A DNA stretch of 64,000 bases. It comes from Azolla caroliniana (lineage: Eukaryota > Plantae > Polypodiophyta). How positions within the stretch are numbered: the first letter of the stretch is position 1; the number at the start of each line of letters is the position of its first letter. The DNA lies in the NCBI GenBank assembly GCA_043228905.1, contig JBHGNT010000013.1, positions 16,492,001-16,556,000 on the forward strand. Direction: 5' to 3'. Below the pieces are notes generated by a model that was not told where the DNA came from, made no database searches, and was given only the letters and a program-made list of their open reading frames with translations. This document shows, piece after piece, positions 60,225 through 64,000 of the stretch. The translations under genes and the position numbers were made by a program.

Positions 60225-62439
60225 CCCCCCCCCCCCCCCCCTTGCTTGTGAGTGATTGTTGTTATGTGCTCTTTTATCTAAATCCTAACCACTCTTTCTC
60301 TTTTGTGTGTTGCAGTGACCCCATTAATTGAAGTGTGGTTGGTCTTATTGCTCGTAATGGTTTTACTTGCATATGTGTCTAATGCTCAAGTCTATGTGAG
60401 GTAATAGTGAGCTTCTTAGTAAGGTCATTGCTTTCAAGAAAGGTGCACTAGAGTTCGCAAAGGTTAAGGTAAACAAGGTTAATGGCTCGATAATGATTGA
60501 TAATCACTCTCACGTTTCTTGTCATCGGTAGGGTATATGATGCCTTAGACCCTCCTACTACAATGTTTGCGTGGAGGCATCACTCCGCCAATACAAAGAT
60601 GTGCTCAGTGAGGACACCTTGAGCTAGCACAATGTGTTTTGTTGGTTGTATTGATTTTTTAAATTTAGATTTTAGGCATAAAAATAACAATCTAAAATTT
60701 GAAAAGAAGGTAATAGCATGAATAAAGGTCGGATTCCTCATTTGTTCATTACGAAGTTATATAATGTTGCAATTTAGTCATTGCGAACAGGTATATCTTT
60801 GGCTTGTTTGTACCAAGATCTCATGAATTACCCTCCCTGATGTAGAGAATGTGTTTAATAGAATGTCAAAATTTCCTAGTCTTCAATGGTGGTGATGGTG
60901 TGTGTTTGTGTGTGTACGTCTTATATGAAGCTTTATGGTTTTTGCCAATCTAAGGAAGTATATATGAAGCTTTATCCTATGATTTTAATAAATGAGCTTG
61001 ACATTGCGGAGTTGTCACATTCTATAGAGGATATCATGACCTCCCCTCCATAATGTAGTCAAAGTTTTAGGTGTGTAAAGTGTGGATAGAATGGTTTTAG
61101 TGGCAAATTCAAGTAGAGCGTCATATCTTAGTGATACTTTAACTATTCTAGTTTACACACATGCTTGCATTTGGTGACGATTGACCATGGAGTTCGTGCA
61201 TATCACCAACTTCCATTGTAAACAAAGCTCTCACTTGAATTTCAAAAAGATATTATGCAGTCATGATATATTGCTAGTCATTGATAATATTTTTATGTAT
61301 GTTACTTATGAATTTCCTATTGAATAGGTAGTTTGGGTGTTATTGGTATGGTGGGAAATAAAATCTTTTAACAAATTAAATTCTTGTGAAGTACGTGTTG
61401 TACTTACGGAAAGCTTTGAGAGATTCCGTAGGTTCCAAGATCAATCCAAACATCGAGATTTGAAAGCTCACGAAAAACATGGTATCCAGTCTCTAAAATC
61501 TAGGGAGCAACGAATGCCTATTTTATGTCAATGGCCTCTAAATTACACCCCAAGATTTGATGGAATTTAGGCTAAAATAGTGTAGATTGTAGTTTGTCTC
61601 AATAAAGTTAACATGCCTATTCCCCAGAGTGCTATTATGTTCTTAAACAATTGGATTTCCATATGAATATTAAGGATTTGAAAAACGAGCCCAATGGGGA
61701 ATCTTTGAATTTAATCATATTTTCTCTCACTACCCTTGTTTCCTCGTATCCAAGTCTAATATTCAATACTTTTATAATGTGTCAAATCTAAATGGGATGC
61801 AGCCCTCAATGCAAATGAAAATAACCTTCTAATAGTCGCAATAAGTAAGTGAAACTTATTTATAGATGAGCTCAAAAGTGTACACACTTTTAGTCGGATG
61901 CGTATGTTCGTCGATACGACGCCTACAATGAAATGAATAATAAACAAGTAAGAAGTAATTTATAAGCCTATTGTAACATACAACATACACATTTGTATCA
62001 TTTTCAAAGTAGGGTCTTTTGTCGGTGGATTGTAAATAATTCCCAATGACTTTTTTCTTTCACAATACAAAAAAGGGATGTAAATAATTCCAAAAGGAAA
62101 ATATTCTCTTCCTATTTATATGTAAGATGGGTCCTTTGTTGACAAGTAAAATAGATGTTGTCACGGAGACTAAGGGTGAGCCGATGATTAGTAGAGAGGC
62201 AAAACTAGACAACAAGGTGGATTGTTGCGAGTGCCAAGCATTGGGGTGGGGGAGGTGTATCCCATGTAGGCGCTACGTATCATGTTGCTCTCATGGAATA
62301 ACAAGTTAGTGGTTGGCGGGGTGGTGGATCAATTATCTGGTTAGTGGACGGATGGCGATGAACCTTGATGAGCATTCCACTCCCTAGGGGCAAGTAGAGA
62401 TACTTATTACTTGGGCTACAATGGCAGCCAATTTCATAC

Positions 62440-62470
<31 letters not shown>

Positions 62471-62516
62471 CATACATACATACATACATACATACATACA
62501 TACATACATACATACA

Positions 62517-62548
<32 letters not shown>

Positions 62549-62982
62549 CATATATGAATACATACACGGATACATACATAGACATATATGATATATCAAT
62601 ATGTAATGTAGTGGATAAACACCATATATATATATACATATCCCTGTCTCTGTCTCTGTCTCTGTTCCTGTCTTTTGCCTTTTATCCTGACCATGGCAGC
62701 TGTGAGCTCAGTACAGTGTGATCTGTCTTCTATGCATCTATATGCAGATCTCCTCTAGCTTCTCACAACTTGTTCTTTTGCATACCCCCCCCCCTTCCCC
62801 CCATTTTTGGGGTTGGTTTCAGAGGTTCTCTCTCTGTTTCCTGCTTTTTCCACTACCTTAGATCTATTTACAACAAGGTGGGAATCCTTACAAAACGCTT
62901 ACCACTCGATTTCTCCGCTCTTTGAGGTGTTTCTAGGGTTTTGTGGATTCTCAGCTTTCTAGGGTTTAGGGTTGAGATAAAT

Positions 62983-63640
62983 ATGAAAGAGAGGGGAGGT
63001 AAGCTGTTTGATGCTTTCTCATCAGAGAAGATGTCCAAAATGCTCCCTTTAGCATTGTCGGTGCTTGCCCTGTTCTCACTCTTCTTTTACCTTGGGAGTA
63101 TTTATGGCTCTAGTAAGGATCAGGTCGTCGAGAATGTGGTTGCTGGAACTGATGTGAAAGCATCCGAATGCAGCAGGCCTGGTTCAAATCTGAAGCTGAC
63201 CCTGCAGGAGTTCAAGTCCTGCAACATATCACTTCAAGACTATACCCCATGCACTGATCCTGCCGTAAGTCCCTCTGTTTCATCTTCTTACTTCTCTTGT
63301 AATCATGTTAGTTCTCGTTATCGAGGCAGTTTTGGTAATTTTCTTAGTCTTTGTAATAGTGGTACTTCTCTTGAAATTGTGTTAGATACTGTTATTGTGC
63401 TAGTTCCAGTATCAATCATGTTAGTTCTCCTGTACTGTTATTACTGGTGAACTGATGATGTAATTGTGACCTCAAGCAATGGTATGTGTAGAGATGGCGA
63501 AAATATGATAGGAATCGAATGGCATTTCGAGAACGCCACTGTCCTCCTCCATCTGAGAGGATAGATTGCCTAATACCTCCACCTGAGGGCTACAAAATAC
63601 CCATCCTATGGCCTCGCAGTAGGGATGAATGCTGGTACAG
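62983..63640 (+). CDS. First two exons of a DUF248/PMT Golgi-type methyltransferase (PMT20/PMT21-ERD3-like); the gene continues beyond the window
   Basis: Exons 62983-63264 and 63492-63640. N-terminal TM helix, then QDYTPCTDP / [43 protein letters not shown]. Confidence 0.88.
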
Positions 63641-64000
63641 GTGAGGTTTTCCAGCCCAAATTTGTACAGATTAATGAACGGTTGATGCAAATTTTCATTT
63701 AAAATGAATGAAATAATTCACACATGGTTTAGGCACAATGTTCCAAAAACTTTTTTTGCTTTTAATGTATGAAATCATAGGAAGTTATGAGAAAACACCT
63801 TAAATTTGTAGCAATTTTCACAATGTTCCTAAAATTTCCCTTGCTTTATCGTAGGTAATTATGAGCAAGTTCTACAATTCTTAGAATTTTAGCAGAAAAT
63901 GCATAGTTTTCTATGAGATTTTGTTCACTTGATAAATGTCTGAGTGAGGGGTTAAATTTTCAACCAGCATTTTACTGAACCAAGAGATATTTTTCTGAAA

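Overview
Intron-rich land-plant nuclear DNA; a fern or other seed-free plant is inferred from the PLS-PPR-like fragment and the dense (CT)n, (TATG)n and TTTAGGG tracts, and the species cannot be determined. Nine protein-coding genes can be built by hand from GT-AG exons: a partial glycine-rich conserved protein (-), SMG7 (+, 5 coding exons plus two predicted 3' UTR introns), an S1-domain protein with a likely organellar presequence (-), KU80 (-, 12 exons), ELC/VPS23 (-), a SIP aquaporin (-), a small acidic NLS protein (-), a CCCH-KH RNA-binding protein (+) and the start of a PMT/ERD3-like methyltransferase (+). The feature the ORF track does not explain is a candidate minus-strand polycistronic box C/D snoRNA cluster at about 3.5-4.2 kb behind a telo-box. 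One member carries a U54-type 18S guide, one has a 15-nt 18S guide with an aberrant box C, and one has a 3' half antisense to tRNA-Phe. Mobile DNA includes a two-copy hAT-type MITE with 8-bp target-site duplications (TSDs), RTE and L1 LINE remnants (one L1 with a twin-priming-like inversion ending in telomere repeats just upstream of KU80), a composite repeat with two convergent tRNA-like heads, and many 60-400 bp tandem duplications. All coordinates and homology calls were made by eye and from recalled reference sequences; no searches were run.
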